Assembly (NCBI GenBank): GCA_002633005.1
Contig: NMRA01000073.1
Location: 396,809-460,149 of the forward strand
Direction: 5' to 3'
DNA: 63,341 bases
Origin: Phoronis australis
Lineage: Eukaryota; Animalia; Phoronida
The notes beneath the pieces are model-generated. The model worked only from the letters and a program-made list of their open reading frames with translations, searched no databases and had not been told where the DNA came from. The position numbers were made by a program, and so were the translations under genes. This document shows, piece after piece, positions 36,001 to 49,636 of the stretch (position 1 is its first letter; every line of letters begins with the position of its first letter).

Positions 36001-39000
36001 AGGGAACTTTTTGGTTTACGGAAGTTAAACTTAAGGGTAATCATTGGAGAAGGATTTTTGGGCTTTAGAGGAATTCTGCATTATTTTTAAATTTTTTGTG
36101 TAAGGGAATATGTCCCAAAATCGAGGGATCGATGACCCTGAAAACTTAACGTCTTGAGAATGATTCCACCTTGAAAATGTTACTCATAACTGTTCAAGAT
36201 GAGATCGCAAAAAAATAATTTTCTGAAATAGTATTTCATTGTATGCAACGCAGGCCTTTATCCAGGATTTTGAAAATAGGGTGTCCCAAATGGGGTTCCC
36301 AATATTCCAAGGCGTCCATGATTCCGACGCATAACCTCCAACCCCCAGCAATACCCCCAAACACAGATTTTTTTACAAAAAATGCATAGATCAAGGTTTT
36401 TACATCTAAGTTTATAAAACAGCCTTCTATGGTGAGCATTTTTACTTAAAAAAAATGTGTAGACCAAGACTTACAATGCTGTCAATCACGTGTCAAAATA
36501 GCAACAATGCATATACTTTGTATATATATTGTATATTTCTTCCTGCTTTGAAAAAAGAGCCCCCATTGTGAGCCTTCAGAAACTTGAAAGGTTCCTATTG
36601 ACAGTGGGTGTCCAAATGATACATTGGGTGTCCTTGCCAGGGCATCCTGATCAGTGCTAGGGCGTCCATTTGGACGCCCAGGACCTACGCTGCATAAAGG
36701 CCTGATGCAAAGTTATACTTTTTCATGAAAATCAGAAAGGTTCTATTTTTAAAAGCTTCTCACGCAAGAGCAGAACATTTAAAAACCATTCCTGACTGCA
36801 TTTTGGAGAACTGTACACAATGGGTAACCATACTGTAGGGAAGTTTCATGTGAATCTGTGCAGTTATTTCTAAGATATCGTGTTCAGATGTCAACCAAAT
36901 TTGGACATTTTTTGAAGTTCTATAAACCTTAATATGCAAGAAGAATAACCCCAGAACCAACCTTAGCGTTTTGGACCTTGAAAGTCTAGCCTTATGTGAG
37001 ATTTTGCATTTGAACCTACATTTTTAGATCCTAGATATGTCCCTCTATGTTTACAACAAACTACTATGTAAAATGTGTCTTTTTGCAATAGAAGTTTGTG
37101 GAGAACCACAAGGAGGAGCTACAGAAGATGAAGGAGGAGTCTAAGTCTGCCCCGCCTCCCTCACCCACCAGTGACTTTGGAGGCTCCATCGGTGCCTTCA
37201 TCATGATCCTCATCATGCCGGTGACAGTATTTGGCTTTCTGCTCACTTGTAATAAGGTAGGTGGCCATTGTGTCCCTGTTGTCCGAATTAGCCAAGAATT
37301 AAAGTGGCACTAAACCCGCAGTCTGCCAAAGAAGCTGGATTATTATTCAGACCACTTGTTGCACTATAAAATTGGTCTGGAGTTCTTCCCTATTCAGTGT
37401 TAAGTCAACTTGGTCTTACCAAGCAAAGAAAGCATATCTAATTGAACCATAAATTATAGACGAGTGATTCGCAAGTCTGTCATTTTCTTGGGTACAATCC
37501 TAGAGAAGGCACCACTCTCCTAAATTACCAGTTTCAGATTCCGGTTAGTGTATTGTGACGTGAAACTCTTGCGTCAACTTTACTGTCCTGTACAATGATA
37601 AAAAATTCGGCATTGAAACGCTGTTCAAAGTCTTCTAATATTAGAACTGTTGGTATCGTGAGTAGTTTTGGCACCCGACTACACAACAGCCGACCATGAT
37701 TAGCAGACGATGTACTTGCCGGAAGTAAAACTTGCTAATTTTGCCAGGTGTCGCTAGTGAATAATGACGTCACGGCTTATGCGTAAGATCACAGATTTCG
37801 TCCATTGCAAATATTCGGAGTTGGCTGTCCATGTACTATAGTCTATGATTTAACTAAGGAGCAATTTAAGACCAGAGTCATAATGGTACATGATATCAAT
37901 CAGATAATTTTATGACGGACGGTGGGGTTAATGGCGTGTAACTTTATAGCTCATACTTTCCCTTTGCTTAGCTTTGTATTTAAGAACATTGCAATTAGTT
38001 GATCTGTTGCCTCTATGAGTGAAGCAATATGCGTTTGAAACAATTTTAGACGTCCCACTTCCACTAACTCTGAACATGTTGTAAAAATTTTGTAGTAGCT
38101 TTGCCACGTTGTAAACCTTCATTTGAGGCTGGTGATGAACACTGCTTAAAGCATTATGCTGAGGATGCTCCTTTTCTCTTTTTTTGACAAGCACGACTGC
38201 CAACTGTTACGGATTTATGTTGCAAGTTTTCATTTTTAAAATACAAATTTTTAACACAAAAGATACAGATTTTATGCTTAAAGCATTGGCAAGCTTTGCC
38301 GTGGGATCAAAATATTTATTCCATGCTTTCTTCTAAGAAAACAAGAATAAACGGATTGGATAACCCGATAACGCCCCATGGCAGGTGGCTGGGAACTAGG
38401 CATATAAGCTTTCTCGACTCTTGCACAGTCTAGAGCTATAAAACTCCCATTTCAGAAAAGCTGTTCCATCTACAAGTTGCCTAAGGTGAAGTTCGACTGG
38501 CGTATGTACTTTGACCTCCAAGCCACGCTGATTGTTCTCGGGTGGATCGCATTCCAAGCCATTCTCTACCTTTTGCCTGGGGGCAAAGTCGTGGAAGGCA
38601 TGCCACTCAAGAGTGGCAGGAAGCTGAAATACAGATGTAATGGTAAGTTGAGATATCTCTTGTGTCGTTGTCACGCTCTCTTTCATAGTTCAGATCTTGT
38701 GTAATTGATGGTCGCGGTTTTGTTGTAATTTAAGAAGAATTGAGAGCTTGTGGGCCTAAGGGACTACATAGGAAACCAAGACTACTTCATTATACATCAG
38801 GGTTTTATTATTTGTTTTGGATTAAGGTTTTGTGATATTGCTTATTTTTGTCGCTTTCTAATTATTGCAAAAGTTGAAACTATGATACGCTACATACAAT
38901 AGAGAAACAAGACCAGTCTTGATACGGAAAGCTATTATTGTTGAAAAATGTGACTACAGGAACAGTTACCTTGGGGACCCTAGTGGAAGTTCCTGGTGCT

Positions 39001-42000
39001 ATTAACGGAGGGTTTTCTTTCACTGTGATTGGAGAGCCCTCGTAACAGTTGTTTTGGTTTTGTTTCAGGTCTTCGTGCCATGATCATGTCTTGTCTGGCC
39101 TTTGCGGCAGCTGTGTATTTCAAGTTACCTGTCACTGTCGTCTACAACAAATTCATTCAGATAATGACCTCCGCATGCTGCTTTGCCACAATAATGAGTG
39201 TCTGGCTATACGTACGGTCCCGTAACATTCCTGCATCTCAGAGGTCACCTGGTGGCAATTCTGGTTAGTTGAAACAGAACCGCATAGTGATCAAATAAGT
39301 GCTGGAAAAGAATAGCCAAGAACCATTAAATCAACTTTTTCTGTCGTGCGACTTCACTAGATTTGTTTTTGTGTGCAATTTTGTGAAAAGGAAACTAAAA
39401 TCTACAGCGTTTCGATTTTGTAGCCCTAAGAATCAGTAACAGACTGTTGAATTTTATAAATGTGTATTCTTACTTTAAGTGTAGCCGCCACTTATCATCT
39501 TAGTGGAGGAACAGGTCGAGACCAATTTATAACGATAAATGGAATAAATCAAATTTTAACGTCACTTTAACTTTTTTCCTCTATAGGAAGCTTCTTCCAT
39601 GACTTCTTCATCGGTCGTGAGCTTAACCCTCGCATTGGCAGCTTTGACTTGAAGTTCTTCTTTGAAACGCGTCCTGGTCTGATTGGCTGGACCATGATCA
39701 ACGCCGTCCTTGTGACAAAACAATACCAGGATACTGGCTCTGTGGACTACTCTCTGTTGGCTGTGTTTCTGATGCAGGCTCTCTATGTGGCGGATTGCTT
39801 CTGGTTTGAGGTGAGATAGTTGTTGTCTTCAGAGCCCGGTTGCATGAAACAGTTCCAAATAGGAACTAAATCTATTGTGTGTTTGTGAACTGTTTTTGTT
39901 TCATTATGAAATCAACTTTTGGCTTTGATACAAATAGAGAGTGAACTCTAAGCTGAATTCTCAGTTTTATTGAAAATAAGTAAGGGGCCTTTAATTTAAG
40001 GATTAAATCCCTATTTATTTTCATTGAACTAAGTGCTCAGATTTTAGTCATATTAGAAAATTTCATTAGGCAAAAAGGAGCTCATAATAAAGATAGAATG
40101 ATAGAAAAAGATAACATCTGCGAATAAAGAATGGCAAAATTGCACAAAAGATTTAGGGAGCTTAGTTGAGTCCTTATCTGAGACCGTTTCGTGCAACCAT
40201 GCCCAGGAATGTTATTTCCTGAGAAGCTAGAATTTCAGCAGGTGGCGCTAGTGAAGCAATGGTCTACTTTTATGAATCTATGATGGTCCTCAGGGACAGT
40301 TATCTAGTGAATCCATCCATGCAGGTGAACATTTTTTGTTATTCCATTCAGGTGATGAAAAGAGGCCCATTTTTGTTAGTGCCATCACGTGAATGTTGAG
40401 ATTCCTCGTCTTACCTGCCTTGAAAGTTCTCTTGTCATTTTGAATCTGTCAATTTTCTTATTCTATGAGTTTGTGTCGGCATGCAAAGTGACTTATTTGC
40501 AGTGTCTTCTGTGTCATAGTTTTTCAAGTGACTGATCTCTTGGTTTCCATCATACACTTTTTTGATATAAAGTAGTGTTTCTAAACTTTAGGCCTTCAAA
40601 GCACGACTTCATTTGGACAAGGTAAACACGTTTAACCTCGCTGCTAAAGGAGGAGCTAAGGCAATTATTCTGATAGCAACGCTGTGTTTCTTCTATTTTA
40701 GCTCAGTCTGAACTCGATGTGGTCTAATCTTTGTAATCGAACTCGAAGTTATTTTTGGCATTTTCTATTCTGCTTTTTTGTGAATTCGTAATAAGTGTCT
40801 ATTATTCTGTACTCGAGTATATTATAATTATTCAATCTCTTGAAATTTAGCCCCAGTTCGCACTTGTTGACCCTGAGATTTGAGATAGTAATCCGACTAA
40901 AACCTAAGTTTTTGAGTAAAAACTAAAAATTTTTGAGTTCGGACTCTAAATTTTAGCCTTAATGGTGTCATCAAACGCAAACTAACATTAGACAGTTGTT
41001 TACGCAAGCCATTTATATACTATAATAGTATAAAATAAAAAACACTTATCTTGAGTTTGCTCAAAAGTAAAATGGCAAATGCCAAAAGTAAGTTTGAGTT
41101 TGAGTTTGATTTTGAGTAAAAGGATTAGACCGTGAGCCCTTGTATACTTTGAACCCTTTTCATGCTTATGTAACAGGCATAATAACAAACCTTTCACCAT
41201 GCAAGCGATTATCCTTTGCTAAAACTGCAGCTATGCTGTCACGCTGTACCCTTGTAATTAGTTTATTAACTGCTGGAAAGGGTTTGGTTAGTTAAGGCAG
41301 TGTCCCTACTAGGATCCAGTGACAAGCGCAGGCGGTTGTACCGAATTTTACCGCCACCCGATAATTTTTCCCTGAAACCAGGTCAATTTTGAATACGTTG
41401 CGCAGAATCTGAACCAGAAAATGCAAGGGTATTGTTCGGTCTGGGGAGAGGTGCCTGTGGTTTTTGAGATGGGAATTGTTGGTTGAGAGGAATTTTTGTG
41501 AGGAATTTCATGTGATTTTTTAATATTTAACATAGTGGAGTGGGGCCAATATTTTGCCCCAAAAATTGAGGCATCGAGGGTTCTGACATGTGTGGTGTTG
41601 ATGAGTTTTGTGTCAAAAGTCTATTAAAAGTTTGTTTTGAAGCACTGGTCACATTACACGGGCCTCTTTCAAGTACACAAAATTGTTGATTAGCTCTTTC
41701 CAATGCCTAAAGCCTAATTAGAAAATCAAGCTTATGCCCAGGTTCTGCATTTGGATAGATGAAATATGCTGTCACAGCCAATGTGTAGATGCACATTTTT
41801 TTCCAAGTTTAGGGTTAGCCTACCCCAATAAACTCCAAAACATTTCAATGGTCTGCTGGCATGGGAAACAAAATACCGTGACGGTAAGGAATATTATGAG
41901 ACCAATTTTATAGGGTTAAAGGCGTGATTCGATTTTTGGTTTTAGGCAAGCTCAACAGTTTATATTCTCAATAAATCGTGCATTGCTTTGTTTCTGCTGA

Positions 42001-44731
42001 TGCCGGTCCCCACGCTTTAAGAAAGATGGCGCTTTTCCTGTGCTATGGGAACTTTTGACGCATGATTTTTCCATCAAATTACAACTATAGTTGAAATAGC
42101 CATTGTCTTCATAATATATCTCTCTGTGATACTTACTATCTAATAGCATGTTCGGCTGTGCTTAATGCATTGCACGTCACCTTACTATTTCAGCCAGCCA
42201 TTCTCTCTACCATGGACATTACTCACGATGGCTTTGGATTTATGCTTGCCTATGGAGACCTCGTTTGGGTGCCGGGTCTGTACGCTCTGCAGGGTCTCTA
42301 CTTGGTCACGAGACCACAAAACCTCAGTCCCTACGCTGTCGGTGGAATCTTACTCTTGAATTGTAAGTGAATAGTAGATCAAGACAAGGCCACAGACTTC
42401 TAACTTGAATAAATGAAACTAGTGACTGTAAATCTTTCTGTCGCAGCTATCAGTGTGCTCCATATGCGATAAGGAACGTTTATCGGTCGCATTATAGAAT
42501 CATAACCAAGATCTCCACCCCTAAACGTGAACCAAAAGATTGATTTTCAATGATGACACTGCCAGGATTTTTAATTTTGAGATGATATAATGGAAAGCTA
42601 CTTTAATCAAGAGTCCATCTTATGTTTTCAGCTAAAGGTTTCGGGACAAACAACCAATGTAGATGATACAATTTTTGTTATCGTAACGGGCATCATTTAC
42701 GCTATGTTGCATCATGCTCAGGTGTAGGAGAAATTGTTGGGTTTGGGATGAAGGTGCTCACTGAAAAACTGTTTCGTCTACGTTTGCAAAGCCTTTTAAA
42801 CAAAATAAATGTAGACTATGAACGGAGAATCACTGCTTGTGTTTGCTCATTTCAGTGATTGGTTACTGGGTGTTCCGTGGGTCAAACTCTCAGAAGGATG
42901 CATTCCGTAAGAACCCCTACAACCCAGCTTTGGAACGTGAGTAAACACATTCATTTCATGTACTAAATCTTTTTCCCGTGACCTTGTTCATTGTTATGAA
43001 CAATGGTACACGGTTGTCTCTTTCCACATGTACTGTACAGGCCAAAAGTATTCAGACAAAGTGTATCGGTATTTCCCGCCGTGAACAGACACCAAATTCA
43101 ACGTCAGAGTACTCTTCCTTCATGACCAAGAATGAAGGGAAGGTTAGTGAGGTAGCTGAGCCATTCTGTAATTATAAATGTTGGCGTGGCAATAGTTATT
43201 ACTGGTCATTTTTTACCGTTATCAGAATTGGCCGTCCTGATGGGTAAATGGTATTTTGTCCGATTGCTTTTGTATTGTTAGTATTTTTGCTTATTTCCTC
43301 TGATTCATGTCTGTCATTTGTGGATTTTCTGATTTTGCAAGTAAGTCCTTTTATTTGCTTCTTTTAGATTATAAATGATAAAATGGACGTTTTTGTTTCA
43401 TTGAATATACCTTTGTCATGTGACACTCATTTAGTGCCATCCACTGTTTTAGGCTCAAATTTGTTATATTTGCTTGAGTTATTGGACTAGTCAGGTCTAA
43501 TTTTTGGCTGTTTCCCTACCTACAGATCTGAAGAGTATCTCGACTTCAACTGGCCGACGCCTACTGGTCTCTGGCTGGTGGGGACTGTGCCGACATCCCA
43601 ACTACCTGGGTGACCTCATTATGGCCCTCGCATGGTCTCTGCCCACAGGTAATATGTTGCCAATATTAAATGTTAAAAGGTCAAACATGTTGCAAGGTTA
43701 AGTGACATTCAATAATTATCACTTAAGTTATTTTTGCTGGCAACAGTGGTAATGGGTATTGAGGAACCAATGTTTTTCACCCTTTTTAGAAGCTTTAAGA
43801 GACAAAACGTGTCTCTTTGTTGACATAATTGAGCCGTCTTGAGGTTATTCTTACTCATTGCAACAAATCTTACCCTGAATTGCAAGTTCAGGCACATTCA
43901 CTAAAATTTTTGTGCTACTGTGTGCAATTTTTCCATCATTTGACGAAGGAATGACAATCTCTCAGTTTCGTTCTTGAAAAATAGTAACTGTCTTTTCTTT
44001 TCAAGCTTAGAAGTCATTTCTAATCTAAGTAATGAGTAGCCTAAAGTTATTTAGGAACAAAGGAAAATTTCCAAATTTGGCCACCATCGTAACATTGTAT
44101 CTGGGAAATGGCTGATGAATTCAGATGAAACTTTTGTATGCTAGGGTTTGTGAATTGTTCACCAAAAGACTGTTAGGAATTATTTTCACTATGTTCTACT
44201 TTTGCATGAAAGTTAACAAATATAAGACTTATGCGATCATGAAATGTGTTTTTGAGATCTCAACTTCAAAACTTGAATTGAATTAAGTTCAGTTGTTTTA
44301 TTGATACCATTATTTTGCTATCATTGTACCTTTCTTTTTGCTAAATTTTACTAAACAGACATGATCTCGTGACCTAATTTAAAGCAGATTGGTAAGAAGT
44401 CAAAATTCAAATTCAACTGGCTTTCTACTTTTAATTTAATTGAATACTATAGTTTTGGCTTAATCCACAGACTGGTCAGTAAGATCTTACGTAACCATAT
44501 AGCTAATGAATCATACAATATTTTTGCTGTAGTTTGTTTGGATCCCCTGTAAATTATTGTTTATTTGCAGGATTCGGCTCTATCATCCCATACTTCTACC
44601 CCATCTACATGTTGATACTGTTGGCCCACCGCGAGCGCCGCGATGATGCTATGTGTGCTCTCAAGTACAAGGCCAGCTGGGATAGATACAGGGCGCAGGT
44701 CAAGTACAGGATATTCCCATACATTTACTAA
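32993..44731 (+). CDS. LBR: Lamin B receptor / delta(14)-sterol reductase, complete spliced CDS (11 coding exons, 1719 nt, 572 aa)
   Basis: Exons: 32993-33010, 33516-33680, 34879-35109, 37092-37256, 38456-38642, 39069-39263, 39587-39810, 42194-42362, 42856-42936, 43526-43648, 44571-44731. All introns are GT-AG with compatible phases. The protein has Tudor, RS and ERG4/ERG24 sterol reductase domains. Confidence 0.95.
33516..33680 (+). CDS. LBR: LBR coding exon 2, Tudor domain
   Basis: Encodes [55 protein letters not shown], with the WPGS.L Tudor motif. Bounded by ttttaaag| and |gtaagt. Confidence 0.92.
34879..35109 (+). CDS. LBR: LBR coding exon 3, Arg/Ser-rich domain
   Basis: Encodes [33 protein letters not shown]...IEEK. 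Bounded by tttccag| and |gtaaaa. Confidence 0.92.
36251..36704. mobile_element. hAT-type MITE in an LBR intron
   Basis: TIR CAGGCCTTTAT(C/G)CAG with an 8-bp TSD, ATGCAACG / ATGCAAAG. Confidence 0.85.
37092..37256 (+). CDS. LBR: LBR coding exon 4 (linker and first TM segment)
   Basis: Encodes KFVENHKEE...[28 protein letters not shown]. The FGG..G motif marks the start of the reductase domain. Confidence 0.92.
38456..38642 (+). CDS. LBR: LBR coding exon 5
   Basis: Encodes KSCSIYKLP...[34 protein letters not shown], with canonical splice sites. Confidence 0.95.
39069..39263 (+). CDS. LBR: LBR coding exon 6
   Basis: Encodes [12 protein letters not shown]...[20 protein letters not shown], with canonical splice sites. 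Confidence 0.93.
39587..39810 (+). CDS. LBR: LBR coding exon 7 (absent from the ORF track)
   Basis: Encodes [35 protein letters not shown]...YVADCFWFE, which contains the sterol reductase signature. Confidence 0.96.
39833..40203. mobile_element. Harbinger/Tourist-type MITE in an LBR intron
   Basis: Degenerate TIRs AGCCCGGTTGCATGAAAC / GTTTCGTGCAACCATGCC with CAG on both flanks. Its interior matches ~1690-1790 in reverse complement. Confidence 0.65.
40721..41140. mobile_element. Older copy of the 61.4-kb MITE family
   Basis: Shares ctaatctttgta.tcga, ttttggca, acacttatcttgagtt.gc.caaaagta and gagtaaaa.gatt.ga with the 61.4-kb element. Confidence 0.7.
42194..42362 (+). CDS. LBR: LBR coding exon 8
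   Basis: Encodes [27 protein letters not shown]..., with canonical splice sites. Confidence 0.96.
42856..42936 (+). CDS. LBR: LBR coding exon 9
   Basis: Encodes [27 protein letters not shown]. Bounded by tttcag| and |gtgagt. Confidence 0.95.
43526..43648 (+). CDS. LBR: LBR coding exon 10
   Basis: Encodes [41 protein letters not shown], which contains the second sterol reductase signature. Confidence 0.96.
44571..44731 (+). CDS. LBR: LBR last coding exon
   Basis: Encodes [53 protein letters not shown] followed by a stop. Confidence 0.96.
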
Positions 44732-46549
44732 ATTAAGTCAGTCGCACCTCCCTCTTGAGTGTCATCATGTGGGAACAGTATGAGTCCACAACTACGTGTT
44801 TGTTCACTACTGTTGGGAATTGCGTTGAGCATGTTAACAAATGTCACGATGTGTTTTGAGGTTTGCGAGGTCTCTTTGTTTGTTATCTTTCTATCACTGA
44901 TCAACGTCTATAGACATTTGGAATGACTCGCAAAAACGCTATTCTCTGGTACTGTCAAAAACTTTCCAAAATGTTACCGTTTTTCAAGTTTTCATGTTCA
45001 TTGATTTATCGCTGAGTTAAGCGTCCTGGTTTGGAAGTTGTGCTCTAACGACACAACAAAAGCGGTGGAATAATTGACCTATCGCCAGGATTCTGAGTAA
45101 CGGCTTGACTGGCCAATCAGAAGACCAGCATTCTTGACATATCTTCATTTCCAAGCCGCTATTTTACCTGACAAACACCACGTTGCCGGGTTAAAACTTG
45201 TTTGTTTGTCAACATTTCTTAAGGGGGCGGAGCTTGTGATAAGTCAAATAATTCTAAGAAATACATCCACAAGTTTAGTTGATTTCCTCGCGCATGTATT
45301 GTTACTGTTCCGTGTCATGTGCTCAGATCTCTTATCACTTCGCTGTGTTGGTTAGCACAAATTTTATTTAAGTAATTTGTTAAAAGTCTACATTCTACTT
45401 TTGTGTTTTAGGCAACTTTTGACCATGTCATGCGTATGCTTTAATTTTACTGGTTTTGTTTGGAGAGTGAAATTTTGTGTTTTTTCTTTGTTTTGGTCTT
45501 CTTCAAAATGGGGGTTACATTCCAAGCATTTCTTGGAAGTCATCTTTTAGATTGTAGCCCACTTTTTAAAAATGCTGATTAATTGATTAATTAAAAATTC
45601 TTCCATAATGTAAATATTGTATTATTTTAATAGGTATTTTTTAAAATATCTAAAATATTGTTTGCTGTGAATTGCAGAAGTGCTACATTTATAAGGCACA
45701 TTGTGTTAGAATTCTATTTTTTCTCCTGTGTAACTTTGTACATAGACGTATGACATCAAATTTACTTGCTTTGTAAAAATCCATGCAGCAGTTTGCTTCA
45801 AGTACACTTTTCCTAGAAAAAAAACGGAGTAATTGCAGAATGAAAAGAAAAGTAAGAAATGTGTTAAATGTTGAGTGGAATTTTTTGTTTATGATGTGTG
45901 CACCACCTTTGTAAATGCTACAGAAACTTTTGAGAAATGTAGTATTGAAATAGCTTGTTATGTATGTCGCATTGCTGTATAGGACAAAAGTAATCAGATA
46001 AATTGCCATTTCCATGTCATGACCACGAATTATGTTAACAGAAAAACTTATCGGTGTTAACCAAAACCCTAATTACAAAATGTTTTACCCTCCTTTGCTA
46101 ACTTATCTGTTATTTTTCTTCATTCTCAGTCAAAGCGGAAAGTTACTTTGATTATGTATTTGCCTTCTGCTCAGCAGTCATGACAGGGAATTTCAGGTCA
46201 TTTTGTCTGAATATTTTTCTTGTGTACTGTGCTTCCCATTTCCTCATACCATATACAGACAGTTAGTTTTGCAGTATTTGGTATTGTGTAGGTTACTCTG
46301 TATATTGTGCCGTGTACCAAGATAATAAATTAGATTTTTGTAATATGCTATTTTTGTTTTGATGAAGTTTGAAAGTACATCGAGTTTAATGTCCCTGTAT
46401 GCACCCATGTTATATAGGTTTTCTGTCTCACGTGAACAATTATATGCATCATAACATTGCACTAATTTAAGTTCAGCCTTTAGAAAAATGTAAACGAACA
46501 ATTTTGCTTTTTATGGAAAATCAAGTTGTAGCACTTTTTGTCCTGAAAT

Positions 46550-46555
46550 AATAAA
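46550..46555 (+). other. Candidate LBR polyadenylation signal
   Basis: AATAAA at the end of a T-rich ~1.8-kb tract after the LBR stop. Another AATAAA is at 46324. Confidence 0.45.
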
Positions 46556-49522
46556 ATTTCTGTTATCCCTGAAACCTTGTCTGACTAAGTAGCAATGATT
46601 CTTCACTGATATGGAAGAATTGAATCTCCCAGAAACAGGCAGCTTAAATTTTGTAATTGTACCAAATTGTTCACAATGTCTTGTACATGCAATTCAAAAC
46701 TGAGTGGCTGATACCTGCGTGCGAAATACACAGTAATCGCTAGGGCTAGTGTACTGAGTGATTACCTTGAGCAATTAAACATATCCATGTGTGGTGAGGC
46801 AGAGCATTTATATTTATTTTCATACAAAGTCTACACTTTCATGAGAACGTAGCCAGCAATTTTTCGACAAAAACTGGCTTCGATGACTTGTAGTTTTATT
46901 ATAGTGCGAGCCAATGAGACTGTATTGACACTGAGTAGAGGCACTCCACAGAAATCATAACAGATCTACTTGACGTGAAGTTAAAGCCACAATACTCTTT
47001 GGTGTTAACATTAATTGCCTCCCAGGTGTATTTGCAACATCATTGCATTCTTATTGTTTCAGTCAACTGGCTGGAATTCCCAATTGCCATACTGCCTTGG
47101 CGACTGAAACTTAACCCTAACATGGCCCTAGTTTGAAGCAGTATCGACATGCCGATTTTTTCTGAAAGCTCAGACATTTACAATATGAGGAACAAAATTA
47201 GGTAGATTCTATAAATCTAAAGTTGTTTGTGTCAGAAGTTACCAGTTTATTGCCTCCTCGAACTCTTAACAAAATGGTCGCAAAAATTTCCTTACCATAA
47301 GCGCAATAAGTCTCTGCAATGGGCAATTGAACATTCCTTAGGTGATGTTTATGACAAAAGGTGCCACTTTCCACTTCTGAATACGATGAGTGCACAAAAT
47401 TCTTCATCAGCACAGGAGTGTTTGCATGGTAAGGTTCTCACGTTACGACAGTAAAATCTCACAAATTTCGTACAAAAATAATTCTCGTTTCACAAGATCT
47501 TAAAACGTAGGGGAAATCCTTTAGTTTACAAAATATTGGCCAATGGTGTAGCCATGGTACAGATGTTGATCATAGGAAAGCAATCCTTAAGAGTTACGGG
47601 TATCCTTCATGGAAAAAGAAAATGATAGAATTTCACTTGTTTGGTATTTTGTCCTAAATTGATGAGGTTTTACTGTACCAGAGTTTTTTACATTAGTTGT
47701 AGTAGGACCTTCATTTCAATACAGCCACCCACTGAACGTTAAGTGAGCCATTAAGAAGAAGCAGTCAGATTTTGAAAGGGTTGGTTAACTTTGTCAACAG
47801 TGATGGCATTCTCATGCCCTTTTTGCTTGCGGAGTGATCTTTTATGAGCTGGCATACATTTTCTGGCAGAGTTTGGAAATAAAAGTGAGAAATGTTTCAT
47901 GTGGCAGAGTATCATAGTTTGTAATGAGTATTTTGGGTGGTGAATAAAAAAACTGCTTCATATGAGTTGACCCTGTGAACTCCGACCCTTCATATGAGTT
48001 GACCCTGTGAACTCTGCAATGATTAAGTGCTTTTGCCTTAAGGAAAACGGACAGTTTTAACTATTTTATTATACAATTTGCCAATGTTTATAAAATTAAG
48101 ATGTACATATGAACATGAAGACCTTGGTCGGTTGATATCCTACGCTGCAGCTCTAACTAACACATAATGATCTTGACCAGAACCAAACAGACAATAAAAC
48201 ACATGACATATTGTGGCGTACATTCAGGTGGTCCTTAACAGCACTTGCTATCAGCGCAACGGAGAATTGCTGATATTCACATTTAACTTATTGGTATAAC
48301 ACTGATCTCAACTTGTTCCTCACTCCAGTTAGACATGATTTCTGGATCTGGCAAGAACTGACAACTCGTCACTTGAACATAGCAACAAGTTGGCTTGCCA
48401 CGCTTGGTCATATTTACGTGCCCAGGATGGTCTCAAGCCACAATCGTTTCTTCATAGCTCAGAAATCTCACCTAATCTGAGTATGGAACAAGACCAGTTT
48501 GATAGCAGTATGTATTCCAAAAAGTAAGATGACAACAAAATTCTCTTTACAAAGGCATGTTCATTAACTACACCTTTTTAGATAATTGACAGTTATTAGT
48601 GTTCACGTACAAAAAAGTAATTAATTTACATCATTTTGCCAAAGCAACACAACATTTTAGAATACATTTGCCGTTGTTTGACATTTGGAAGCCAATTATG
48701 CCATGGGCGCAACACTTGCTATTATCATTGCAAACAAATGATTTTATTTATCCACATGCAATAAAATTGCCATGCAGAAATGTGACATCAGAGTCAACTG
48801 CATCACAAAATGTAAATAAATTATTTTTTATCATTTACTTGTTCGAACAAGTTGATTTAAAAGCTCATTCAAAATTACTTCAAAACCTTTGAACGCTCAC
48901 AATGTTTTCACAAAATAACATTGAGTGCTGAGTGAACTAATGCTTAGTGAACAACGTTGAAATTCTTTAGCTCTTCACAAAATATCTTCAAATTTGTGTT
49001 TTTCAACAGACTTTCAGGAAGAGGCCAGCCTCATTCTTTTATTTTTGTCAAAAGATTCAGCACGACCACTTAAAAATCAGCATTAAAGCAACCACATCTT
49101 CTATAGCCCGGGCATGAAGCTCCAATCCAAAGGCCTGTGATCTACCCTCTACACTTGAACCTAGATTCAAACATTGACCAATAGCATCGGGTGGTTCCAA
49201 AAAACTTACAAATTTGCACTTGAATAATGCAGCATGATTAAGTTTGAAATCTGAGAGTTACATCGATTACATCGAGGGCCCTGACCTTTTGACATGACTG
49301 CAACTTAAAATTGAGTAATGGCTCGTGTCCGATCTCTTACTCAAAATTTTGTCCATATGCAGAGCACAACTGATGCTAGTGAGAATGATTTCCAGTGAAA
49401 AACTAGCGGATTGTATCCTGGACCCTAGACTACCTTTGCACCACAACGGGCAAAACAACATCGAAACTAAACACCAAGTTCTGTATCAGGATATCATGTC
49501 GACAGAACAACATCATTGATTC

Positions 49523-49636
49523 AGAGCTGGGTTGCATAAAACTTAGTTGCTGAATAACTCTTTGATTGTTGCACGATGTCAAAACTATTGCTCAACAATT
49601 GCAGCAACACAATGTGAAATTTTGTGCAGCCCAGCC
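49523..49636. mobile_element. Small MITE-like inverted repeat in the presumed Ena/VASP 3' UTR
   Basis: gctgggttgcataaaac pairs with attttgtgcagcccagc. Confidence 0.55.

Noticed and set aside
47956-48014. 27-bp direct duplication (similar small duplications at ~32621-32706 and 62401-62455)
   Set aside because: These look like ordinary slippage duplications with no evidence of function.
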